Below are positions 27,601-35,875 of a stretch of DNA of 64,000 nucleotides, piece after piece (position 1 is the first letter of the stretch; every line of letters begins with the position of its first letter). Source of the DNA: Anaerohalosphaeraceae bacterium. Lineage in GTDB: Bacteria; Planctomycetota; Phycisphaerae; Sedimentisphaerales; Anaerohalosphaeraceae. Location: contig CAXXSL010000020.1 in the NCBI GenBank assembly GCA_963675525.2, positions 32,001 through 96,000 on the forward strand, given 5' to 3'. A program made the translations under genes and the position numbers. The notes under the pieces were generated by a model, which saw nothing but the letters and a program-made list of their open reading frames with translations, was not told the DNA's origin and made no database searches.

Positions 27601-27996
27601 CATTTCAATCGCACGCTTTCGAGCATAGAATCCCTGCCAGACGCCGCCGGCTATCAAACTCGAATATGACGGCGAGCCTGTGTATGTCCCCATTCCCATT
27701 GTGTGGCATATTTCATGCAGAGTCACACGGGTATTGCGCGTGCCCCCAAATGTTATGGTGCCGGCGTAATTCGCCTGAGCAGTCGGCACACCGGAATTAT
27801 AGTAGACATTAAGATGTTTATTAAATGAGCCGTACTTGTTGTAGATTGGCACCGCTTCCTGTACGGAATTTGTGATTTGGGCTGCAATGCCCGCGTCCAC
27901 GCCGCTCAGGTGCAGCGAATAGGTAATGTCGGCAAAAACAGTTGATGATACAACAAGTAAAAAAACGAATCCCCAAACAACACGTCTGTAATCCAT
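24658..27996 (-). CDS. Secreted multidomain protein: HExxH metallopeptidase-like N-terminal domain, Ig, 3x LamG, Ig/cadherin-like repeats, dockerin-like
   Basis: Signal peptide. TLHEICHTMGMG, YQWYKDG...DEGIYYC, WQRIFDFG twice, FNGRIDDFRIY twice, and the C-terminus shared with the neighbouring gene. Confidence 0.82.
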   Translation of the reverse strand: MDYRRVVWGFVFLLVVSSTVFADITYSLHLSGVDAGIAAQITNSVQEAVPIYNKYGSFNKHLNVYYNSGVPTAQANYAGTITFGGTRNTRVTLHEICHTMGMGTYTGSPSYSSLIAGGVWQGFYARKRAIEMGSPYADGLHGDGHAVWPWAMNYDSEDSSYMERIKCVRSQAVLRCDMGIMSYSKEAEHQVAALGETAYFGVESPTSTTYQWYKDGAPLSDGGDISGATRSTLRIANADLSDEGIYYCAATGAGETLNSRTRRLTIQGQVSQWDFENNSNDSIGSYDGTTTGSPAYTIGQVGQAIDLDGTDDYVTLPAGVADAEDITIATWVYWDGGNQWQRIFDFGASTSNYMLLTPRSGSNTLRFRIKDQDQQQELNTTQLSTNQWVHLVVTLRGDTGTLYVNGQPVASNDSMTLDPAGLLADRNYIGDSQYSADPHFNGRIDDFRIYNYALAGSEVWNLWGQSANNPPVFDADPLILPDGDESVAYTGMTLADYASDPDSDPLTFSKVSGPLWLSVGTNGTLSGTPGSADRGVNTFVARVTDSSGATDDVNAHITVYGPADAHYEFENTANDSAGTNHGTPTGSPAYTTGILGQAIDLDGSDDYVTLPSGIANTEDITVAAWVNWDGGGTWQRIFDFGTGTYEYMILTPNASSNELTFLFTGSGGGATSQKLKTTELAIGQWVHVAVTVGADTGKLYVNGQLKDINTAMTINPSDLNPTVNYIGKSQWSNDPLFNGRIDDFRIYDYALSDSEIAALNNPPSFTVDPISNDAGIELVGYMGQSLSTYVDAPGGVFSKDSGPEWLVVSPDGSLSGIPTDSISGTDTFTVRVENQSGLYDTATMTINIANVYSGVRGTEDLAGLAAQWLSLDCVDVPACDGADLDGDDDVTISDFSVLAHNWLGDEVLQLHLKFDETSGDTAYDNSIYWRPGTLVNAPTWDLGHSGNALLFDGTNDHVEVSGYQGIPGGGSRTCMAWVKTASVSGEILTWGEEYNGGRWVIRVNEGGQLRAEVQGGNIIGTTVINNDTWHHVAVVVADDGSPDIAEAQLYVDGQLETVSSFADEPINSGSAEDVKIGAYLAAGGPRYFQGLIDEVRIYNTAMTQQEIQSFSQ
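24695..25406. repeat. 712-bp direct repeat, copy 2
   Basis: About 98% identical to 20579-21290. Confidence 0.95.
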
Positions 27997-28097
27997 AAAA
28001 CATCCCCGTGAATAGTCTATTTTGTTTCGAGGTCTAAGATTGAAATCCCCATTTGAAGGCTTAAAACCACACTTTCAACAATGTAGTATTAATAATC

Positions 28098-28126
28098 ATA
28101 ATAAGAAAATCAGCTTAAATTGTCAA
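28098..28126 (-). promoter_or_regulatory. sigma70-type promoter of the secreted protein pair
   Basis: TTGACA-N17-TATTAT. Confidence 0.7.
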
Positions 28127-28278
28127 GATTTTCCTTCTTTATCGCTAATAAACACAATCCTTACATAATAGGATGGTCATTAATGCGAAATTTTAAACCA
28201 ATTGCTGTCTATTTCCCGAAAAATAATTGTGGTTGTTGTCTTGAATTTGGCGGGTAGATGTGTTAAAAAGTTTTCCCC

Positions 28279-29676
28279 ATGACTAAATTTGAACGAAAAA
28301 TCCTGTTTTTATGCTTAAGTGCATTCTGGCTATCCGGTTTATGCCGGGGGGGTTCTATTGACCAAATCATCCAGCATCATAAACAGGCCAAAACGCAATT
28401 CGCGATTTTGGCGATTGATGTCCAAAGCGGCAAGACCCTCTATCAGAAGAACGCCGATAAGCCGATGATCCCGGCTTCAAACATGAAAGTGGTAACGTCT
28501 TCGGCCGCCCTTCGCTATCTGGGAGTAAATTATGTCTTCCGGACAAAAATCGGGCGGCTTGGAAATCATCTCATTATCATCGGCGGTGGCGACCCGTTGC
28601 TGGCGGAACCCAAACTTGACCCACAGGATGGCCGCTCAATAGGCCGGATATTTGATGAGATCATTTCAGCGATAAAAGATGATGGAATCACAGAGATTGA
28701 TGACCTTATCGTGGATGTTAGTTTTTTCGACAACAATCGGGTTCATCCTTCATGGCCGGCGGACCAACTCAACCAATGGTATGCCTGCGAGGTCAGCGGA
28801 CTGAACTTCAACAACAACTGTATTCGTATTACCGCCAGCCGGGTTGAGAACAAACCGTTTCTCAGCATGGAACCGGAGAACTCGTGTGTTAGGCTTGTCA
28901 ACCAGTTGAAAATGATCTCAAAAGGCTCCAGTGCCGTGGGGGCTTACCGGAATTCTGTCCCGAACAAACTGCTGATCAAGGGCAAGTTAAATCAAAGCGC
29001 CGGTTTTGACGTTGCGATCGAGAACCCGCAGTCGCTTTTTGCTTCTCTCCTTTCCGACCGTCTGAAAGCCGCCGGAATATCGATCCGTGGCAGCATTCTC
29101 CAGAAGTATGTCAAAAATAATGATGCAATCCAAATATTGCGTACATTTGAAACGCCGATCAGCGAGGTTTTGTCCCGCTGCAATAAAGACAGTCTTGGAT
29201 TGGCCGCCGAATGTCTGGTCAAGACGATCTCGGCGGAAAACACCCAGGGCCAAATCAACGGGGAATGGCCGCATGGCAGTGCGTTGATAACCCGCTACCT
29301 GAAATCACTCGGTATTCCTGAGGATCAATTCGTTCTTGATGACGGCAGTGGGCTCAGCCGGAAAAACAGACTTTCGCCGACGGTTCTGGTTACCGTATTA
29401 AAAGATGCTTATACCGGCAGCACGCGTCAGATGTTCACGGAATCCCTGGCCGCCGGCGGAGCGGATGGGACGGTTTCAAAGTATTTTCGCGAAAGCCCTT
29501 ACAAAGGCAATATCCTCGGAAAAACCGGATATATCTCTGATGTTCGCTCTTTTTCCGGCATCTGCAGGACACCGCAAGGGGATGTTCTTTTCAGTGTTTT
29601 GACCGAAGGGGGAAACGGAAAGACACGTGCTTGCATCAACGATATTACCAAAGCGATCTTTGACCGTCATTTTTAG
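28279..29676 (+). CDS. dacB: D-alanyl-D-alanine carboxypeptidase/endopeptidase (PBP4, peptidase S13)
   Basis: PASNMK (SxxK), GGGDP, DGSGLSRKN, GKTGYI, signal peptide. Confidence 0.9.
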   Translation: MTKFERKILFLCLSAFWLSGLCRGGSIDQIIQHHKQAKTQFAILAIDVQSGKTLYQKNADKPMIPASNMKVVTSSAALRYLGVNYVFRTKIGRLGNHLIIIGGGDPLLAEPKLDPQDGRSIGRIFDEIISAIKDDGITEIDDLIVDVSFFDNNRVHPSWPADQLNQWYACEVSGLNFNNNCIRITASRVENKPFLSMEPENSCVRLVNQLKMISKGSSAVGAYRNSVPNKLLIKGKLNQSAGFDVAIENPQSLFASLLSDRLKAAGISIRGSILQKYVKNNDAIQILRTFETPISEVLSRCNKDSLGLAAECLVKTISAENTQGQINGEWPHGSALITRYLKSLGIPEDQFVLDDGSGLSRKNRLSPTVLVTVLKDAYTGSTRQMFTESLAAGGADGTVSKYFRESPYKGNILGKTGYISDVRSFSGICRTPQGDVLFSVLTEGGNGKTRACINDITKAIFDRHF

Positions 29677-30690
29677 TTGTTTGAAGAAGAGGCCATTTCC
29701 CCTGTCAGTTCTTCAATAAGATCCGTGATTGTTACAATCCCAACGGCATGTTGATGCGTCCCGCTTTGTTCGGTAACAAGTGCAATTTTGACATGTTGAT
29801 TGCGCAGGATGTTGATCGCTTCCAATACGGACGTCTGATGGTCAATTTTCTGAATTTCTACCATGGTAACCTCTCTCAGGTCTTCGAAGAGGATCCTTTT
29901 TCCCCAGTATCTCATAAACAGGAATATATCCCACGATATTTTGTTTTTTGTTTTCGTAAACAAGCTGACGGGTATGGCTGCTGTGTTTGAGATGTTCAAG
30001 CAGATCAGTGTAAGTTGAATGAACCGGAACCATCTGAACATGGTTAAGTTTTATCATGACAGTCTGCAGGGTCATTCCGGGAATATCGATCAACCGGGCC
30101 ATCATGTTCTTTTGTGATTCTGACAGCAGTCCTTCTTCCTGTGTTTCGTGGATGATCTGATGGACCTGATGCCGCTGACTGAGATCGACGGCCTTGGCGG
30201 CATCGATGTCCAGCCGGAACAGCATGGAAAGGATTCGGAAAATCCATTTTAGCATGGGAACCACGCCGGAGTACATCGACAGGCGAAAGAAAAACCAGGT
30301 CAACCAGGACAGTCTCGGCACCAACGTATTGGCTTTATAATAGAAAATATTTTTGGGGACGATCTCGCCGAAAATAAATATCACGGGGGTCAGGATCGCC
30401 GTGGTGTAGATCTCGGCGGTGTAATGGTTTTGGGTATGATGAAAGAGGATGATCGTGAAAAGGCTGGTGATCGCGTAATTGACCAAGTTGGTCCCCAAAA
30501 GAAGCGAAAGAATCAACCCCTGCCCATCGCGCATAATCGAAAAGAGCCGTTTGTAACGTGGTTTCCCTTGTTCGGCGCCAATGCGCATCTGAAGCCGGCT
30601 CAGTCGGTAAACCCCCGTTTCTGTACCCGAAAAAAAAGCGGCAAGCGGGATGAGCAGAAAGGGCAAACATAATTGAAAAAATAGTTCCAT
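29673..30690 (-). CDS. CNNM (DUF21)/CBS domain protein, with an apparent one-base frameshift near 29890
   Basis: AFFSGTETG, LLGTNLVN, FGEIVPK. The CBS tail GIVTITDLIEELTGE lies in a second frame; removing one base at ...GAT CCT c TTC GAA joins the two frames. Confidence 0.8.
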
Positions 30691-30693
30691 AAT

Positions 30694-32001
30694 CTATGTC
30701 TTATCGTATCTTGTTTTCGGTTCATTTTGTACAATCGGTTCCAAAGAGAGGATAATCGTCTGAATGCGATTGTTTTGAACGGTTTCCACCGTAAATTTCA
30801 TGTTTTTAAACAGGACTGTTTCTCCCTCTTTGGGGATTTTTCCCAGCAGGGTCATGACGAAGCCGGCGATGGTTGTCAGTCGCTGTTCTTCGATGTCGAT
30901 GCCGAAAGCTTCTCCCCAGTCGTGAATCGAAAGTCCTGCCAGAAGTCGGTATGTCAGGGGGCCGATCTGTTCGATCGGGTCCCGGTCGGCAACATCTTCC
31001 ATGGGTCCGAGCAATTGCTCAATAATATCTTCAAATTGAATCCATCCGGCAATGCCGCCGTATTCATCCACCACGACAGCGATATCCGTATGGGTTTGTT
31101 TAAAGTAATCGATCAGTGATTCCACGGATTTCTGTTCAGGGATAAATTGTACTTTTCTGACAAGCGAAGCGGCAGGGCGGTCGGGGTTCAGGAAAATATC
31201 CCGTAGATAGATGATGCCCACGGTGGAATCCAGTGATTTTGTATAAACCGGAATCTTGACGAGCCCCTTTTGAATCATTTCCTGTTTGATCTGTTCAACC
31301 GGAGCGTAAATCGAACAAGCCGACATTTCAACGCGGGGTTGCATGACATGGCGTGCCTTCAAAAAACTGAATTTCAGGATTTCCGTCAGAAGCTGGTTTT
31401 CATCGTTGCTGATGAGGCCCTGCCGATGGGACGATTCCAGAAGGACTCGTAATTGATTAACGGATACTTCTGCTGAAGTCTCCGGACGAACAAAGAGACG
31501 AACTGAAGGCCGAACGATCAGAAAATCCAGTATCTTTAAAATGGGACTTAATATCCGAATCAGGAGGTAGCATGCGGGTGCAGCAAATCTACAAAACCGC
31601 TTCGAATTGGAATACGCCAGGGACTTTGGCAACATCTCGCCGCAAAGTAAAAGGGCCAAAAAAGATATCAACGCGAACAAGGTCCCATAGGCGGCCCCGG
31701 CTGCTTTTCCGATCTGTAGCGAGAACATACTTGAAGCGGCGCAAAAAAGAATATTGACGGCCATGTTCCCGAATAATAAAGCTGTCAGAAAACGATTTGG
31801 ATCGGAAAGAATCGTCGCGATCAGCCGTTCGATTCTCACGGCAGAGTGGGAAAGTTTGTGTATCTGACGACGGGGAAGATTGAAAAACGCCGTTTCGGAA
31901 CCTGAAAAGAAGGCCGAAAAGACCAATAAAACAACCATGAACACCGTTCGCCAAAGATGTTCGAATATCGCGGCTGCCAAAATGTGATACGAATAATCCA
32001 T
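30694..32001 (-). CDS. Hemolysin-family CNNM/CBS/CorC_HlyC protein
   Basis: SAFFSGSETA, GEMLPKS, VMQPR, VVDEYGG, EDIIEQL, TTIAGFV. Confidence 0.9.
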   Translation of the reverse strand: MDYSYHILAAAIFEHLWRTVFMVVLLVFSAFFSGSETAFFNLPRRQIHKLSHSAVRIERLIATILSDPNRFLTALLFGNMAVNILFCAASSMFSLQIGKAAGAAYGTLFALISFLALLLCGEMLPKSLAYSNSKRFCRFAAPACYLLIRILSPILKILDFLIVRPSVRLFVRPETSAEVSVNQLRVLLESSHRQGLISNDENQLLTEILKFSFLKARHVMQPRVEMSACSIYAPVEQIKQEMIQKGLVKIPVYTKSLDSTVGIIYLRDIFLNPDRPAASLVRKVQFIPEQKSVESLIDYFKQTHTDIAVVVDEYGGIAGWIQFEDIIEQLLGPMEDVADRDPIEQIGPLTYRLLAGLSIHDWGEAFGIDIEEQRLTTIAGFVMTLLGKIPKEGETVLFKNMKFTVETVQNNRIQTIILSLEPIVQNEPKTRYDKT

Positions 32002-32026
32002 CCTGTAATCCTTTAAATAGGATACA

Positions 32027-32797
32027 TTATGCGAGGTGTTTTGGCAACAGAATCTTAAACCGCGTACCGGATCCGGGTCTGGAATCAACCGTAATGCAGC
32101 CGTGATGGAGTTCGATGACTTTGCGGCAAAAGGCCAACCCTAGACCGTTACCTTGCGTTTTACCAAAGGTGCAGAAGGGCGAGAAAATGTCCTTGAGCTT
32201 TTCGGTGTCAATGCCCGGGCCCGTGTCCGAAATCTGTATGACGGTGCCGTCTGCTGTTTCTTCGGCGGTAATCGTTACCTGACCGCCCTTTGCCAGCATT
32301 GCATGGCGTGCATTGAGGAGAAGATTCATGAAAACCTGCTGTATCGTGGTGCCATCGGCCTTGATCCGGATGCAGTCGGAAACCTGGCGGATGACACGAA
32401 TCCCGTCCTTTTCAAAGTCCCTTCCGATGCAGGTAAAAACGTTGTCGAGGATACTGTTCAATGCGAGGGTTTCTATTTCCGTTTGGTCGCCTTGGTCGGA
32501 ATGGGCCAGCATCATTACTTTGTCCATGACATCTTTGGCTCGCTCACTTAAAAGCAGTGTTTTCTGAAGGGCCTTTTCGCGCAAAGCGGCATCCTGCGGA
32601 TTCTGTAATGCGAGTTGGGAATAGTTCAGTATGGGCATCAGCAGATTATTAAGCTCGTGAGCGGTCATGGCCCAGGCCATACCTAGATTCGCCAGCGGCT
32701 GAAGGCCGGAAAGGGTCTCTTCCAATGCCCGGCATTTTTCCTCAATATCTTCAACCCGTTGATGCAGTGCCTTCCGTTTTTCGAGCAATTCCGACAA
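32027..32797 (-). CDS. Cytoplasmic histidine kinase (HisKA + HATPase) with no sensor domain
   Basis: AHELNN H-box, QVFMNLLLNA, DTGPGI, GNGLGL, GTRF. TTG start with GAGAGGG RBS. Confidence 0.88.
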   Translation of the reverse strand: MSELLEKRKALHQRVEDIEEKCRALEETLSGLQPLANLGMAWAMTAHELNNLLMPILNYSQLALQNPQDAALREKALQKTLLLSERAKDVMDKVMMLAHSDQGDQTEIETLALNSILDNVFTCIGRDFEKDGIRVIRQVSDCIRIKADGTTIQQVFMNLLLNARHAMLAKGGQVTITAEETADGTVIQISDTGPGIDTEKLKDIFSPFCTFGKTQGNGLGLAFCRKVIELHHGCITVDSRPGSGTRFKILLPKHLA

Positions 32798-32906
32798 AGA
32801 ATTCCCTCTCCAATTTAAAAATCGTCATTGTATTTTTACACCCAACTGCTACCATATTAACACGTTAATATGCTTATCGGCTAATATCGGAGATTTTCTT
32901 GAGAGA

Positions 32907-33173
32907 ATGGATTACATTACCATCACTCAGCAATTGTTAGCACTTCTGGCCGAACGAGGGGTCGAGGTCCGAAAAGAGCCTATGGGCGGTGGGCAGGGCG
33001 GTCTGTGTTGTTTTAAGGACAAACGTGTTTTCTTCCTTGATCAGGATTCGGACTCGCTGGAAATGGCTGCAAGCTGTGCCCGGGCAATCGGAAAGACAAT
33101 AGAAGACATCGAAGGTATTTATTTAAAGCCCGCTATTCGAGAATTTATTGACAAATATGGCACAGAGGGGTAG
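32907..33173 (+). CDS. Small hypothetical protein
   Basis: 88 aa. GVEVRKEPMGGGQGGLC...FFLD...IYLKPAIREF looks like a conserved small-protein pattern. Confidence 0.7.
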   Translation: MDYITITQQLLALLAERGVEVRKEPMGGGQGGLCCFKDKRVFFLDQDSDSLEMAASCARAIGKTIEDIEGIYLKPAIREFIDKYGTEG

Positions 33174-33222
33174 ATTCTTGTCGCTGTGTTATGAAAGATA
33201 GTTTTTGTGAGGAAATTTTATT

Positions 33223-33678
33223 ATGTCACCCGAAGAAATGCAAACGTCTGTCGTGTTGGTTGTTGATGATAACATTCAGAATCTGGAGCTAATTCTTGCC
33301 TATCTGGAAGATATCGACTGTCAAACCCTTTCAGCCGAAGGGGGCAGGCAGGCATTAGAGATCATTCAACAAACTCCGCCCGACCTGGTGCTGCTGGATG
33401 TCATGATGCCGAAGATCAGCGGCTTCGAGGTCTGCAAACAAATTAAAAACAATCCCAAGACGGCTGATATCCCGGTTATTATGGTCACAGCTCTGAATGA
33501 AATCGGCGACATCGAAAGGGCGATTGATTCGGGAACGGACGATTTTCTCAGCAAACCCGTCAATAAATGGGAGTTGCTGACACGCGTTAAAACCATGTTG
33601 AAATTGAAGCATTTGGAAGATAAGCTGGAGCGTACGCTGGCTTATCTCAGTGAGATCGAACAGAACTACCAGGAATAG
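33223..33678 (+). CDS. Response regulator receiver protein with a short coiled-coil tail
   Basis: VVDD, LLDVMMP, VTAL, DFLSKP. Confidence 0.9.
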   Translation: MSPEEMQTSVVLVVDDNIQNLELILAYLEDIDCQTLSAEGGRQALEIIQQTPPDLVLLDVMMPKISGFEVCKQIKNNPKTADIPVIMVTALNEIGDIERAIDSGTDDFLSKPVNKWELLTRVKTMLKLKHLEDKLERTLAYLSEIEQNYQE

Positions 33679-33704
33679 CGTACTTCTTTTTTTCAAACAC
33701 ATCA

Positions 33705-33728
33705 GCGGGCGAACGTCCGCTTTTTTTA
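33705..33728 (+). terminator. Intrinsic terminator
   Basis: GCGGGC-GAAC-GTCCGC followed by a T-tract. Confidence 0.7.
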
Positions 33729-33938
33729 TGCATGTAAGCGTGCACGATGTTCCGATAAAGTACTGAAATAATCGGTCAATCGTTACAGACGGCACGACTG
33801 CCATATTCACATCTGAAATCTCATCGATTTAGAATTCCTTTGCCGGAAGGGGATTAATCCGTTCGGCGGTCCTGTCGATAAAACGTTCATCATACAGTGA
33901 TTAAAAAGAGTCTAAACAACCCGACAGGAACGACATGA

Positions 33939-35558
33939 ATGAGTAAGCTCTTAGAGATATTTGGAAAAGGGATAAGTGTTGATACGACTGAGATTTTGTG
34001 GCATTGGCTGAACACCATTCTTTCCGGAAATGAGACATCCGAAGCATCCGGCCGGCTTAATCCGATATTGGATCATCTTGCCAACCGTGAACTGGTGCCC
34101 GCTGAGGACAAACTCAAGCTTTACTTATTTGACAATCCGGAATGTGTGTACGGCCGTATGGCGGCGGCGGTGATATGCCTGCATCAGAACCAACCGGAAA
34201 AAGCGATTGAGCAGGCTCAGAGTATTTATCTGCGGCAGCCTTCCAATACCATGGCCTTGTACCTTTTGGGGTATTGTTATGAACGTATTGGCAAAATTGA
34301 GCAGGCGCTTGAATTTTATCAGGATTGCATCAAATTCAAGAGCCATCTGCAATTACCCCGGCAGCGAATGGCGGCGATTTATTTGAAGGAAGGACGTTTG
34401 GATCAAGTGGTCCGCCAGTACGAACAGATCACAACGGAGCATCAGGATGATATTTCATCTCTGGTGCTGCTTGGGCATCTATATATCGCTGCGTCGGAAT
34501 ACGAAAAGGCGATTGACACGTTTAACCTGGCAATCTTATCGCATCCGGACAATTTTTTGGTAAACCGGGAAGAGGATGAGATCGAAGTGCTGGCTAACGG
34601 CGGCATGTTTGAGCAAGCGATGGAAAAAATCCAGTGCTTGATTGAACAAGTTGGGCTGATGCCGGATTTATTGATCCGGATGGCCGATGTCTATAGCCAG
34701 TGGGATAGAGAGGCTGAAGCGATTGCCTGTTATGAAAATGCGATCCGTGTCCAGCCCAACTCGCTTGAAGCCAGCATCAAACTGGGAACGCATTACCTGC
34801 GAAATCAAAAATTCTCGCTGGCCGCCGAACAATTTAACAGGGCGGCGGAAATAAACGACGAAATCGTTGACGCGTATCTCGGACTTGTAAAGGCTCAAAA
34901 TCTGTCCGGCGAAGAAAATGAGGCCGCACAAACAATGTCATTAGCGGCATCGATCCAACAAAACAGTACGTTGTTGTATTCGGAGTCAGCCACGCTCCAG
35001 TTTCAGTCCGTTTTGGACCAAAATGTAATCCCCCAAAGAGAGTCCGATAAACCGATCGTTTTGATTAATGATGTCATACGGGCCTATCAGAAACAGCTTA
35101 AAAAACATCCCGGCAGACCGGATGTGCAATATAAATACGGCATTCTGATGATGGTCGAAAACAATTTACAGATGGCGATCAGCGCGTTTCAGAATGTCCT
35201 GCCGTTGAATCCAATCCATTACAGGGCCCTCAATAAACTGGCTGTTTGTTATTTTGATGATGGACGGCCGGAAAAAGCCATCAAGGCATTAATCGGTGGT
35301 GATTTGTGTGATGCGTCGGTTTTTGAAATGTATTATAAAACAGCGATCTTATTCTGTGACAGAACGGCTTTTTCGCAGGCCGTAAAAAAACTTCAAATGA
35401 TAAAAGTAACCGAACAGAATCAACATTCGGAAATACAGGCAAACATTGAGATCGTGCTTGAGAACCTCGGATTAGTTGACCGAGCATTTACAAATTGGAG
35501 ACGGTTGGAAGAAACCTCAGAAAATCTGCTGGAAATTCACAAATCCAGGCCTAAATAG
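33939..35558 (+). CDS. Tetratricopeptide repeat protein
   Basis: Repeated TPR motifs (ALYLLGYCY, SLVLLGHLY, VQYKYGIL, ALNKLAVCY). Confidence 0.8.
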   Translation: MSKLLEIFGKGISVDTTEILWHWLNTILSGNETSEASGRLNPILDHLANRELVPAEDKLKLYLFDNPECVYGRMAAAVICLHQNQPEKAIEQAQSIYLRQPSNTMALYLLGYCYERIGKIEQALEFYQDCIKFKSHLQLPRQRMAAIYLKEGRLDQVVRQYEQITTEHQDDISSLVLLGHLYIAASEYEKAIDTFNLAILSHPDNFLVNREEDEIEVLANGGMFEQAMEKIQCLIEQVGLMPDLLIRMADVYSQWDREAEAIACYENAIRVQPNSLEASIKLGTHYLRNQKFSLAAEQFNRAAEINDEIVDAYLGLVKAQNLSGEENEAAQTMSLAASIQQNSTLLYSESATLQFQSVLDQNVIPQRESDKPIVLINDVIRAYQKQLKKHPGRPDVQYKYGILMMVENNLQMAISAFQNVLPLNPIHYRALNKLAVCYFDDGRPEKAIKALIGGDLCDASVFEMYYKTAILFCDRTAFSQAVKKLQMIKVTEQNQHSEIQANIEIVLENLGLVDRAFTNWRRLEETSENLLEIHKSRPK

Positions 35559-35821
35559 ACACAGAATACGTGCCACTCAACAAAAATCCCTTGTTAATCG
35601 TCCTGACGTAGATTTAAGTTCTTATTAATGTTAGACTTATGCGGTTTTTCGAAATTCCTGCTATTTCTTTGAATGAAACATAAGATATATTATGGGACTA
35701 AGCGTGTGGGGTTTTTAAATCAAGAAAATGACAGACCGCTTCTTGCTATGCTTTGGTTAAATCATCTCAATTGTTCAGTTAAGTATCAAAACCCCAGTCG
35801 TCCTGGTGTTTGTTCCGGCAT

Positions 35822-35848
35822 AAAAAAAGCCCCGGCTACGGGGCTTTT
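35822..35848. terminator. Bidirectional intrinsic terminator
   Basis: AAAAAAAGCCCCG-GCTA-CGGGGCTTTT. Confidence 0.8.
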
Positions 35849-35875
35849 GAATCTTCATGGAATGTGAATCGTAAG

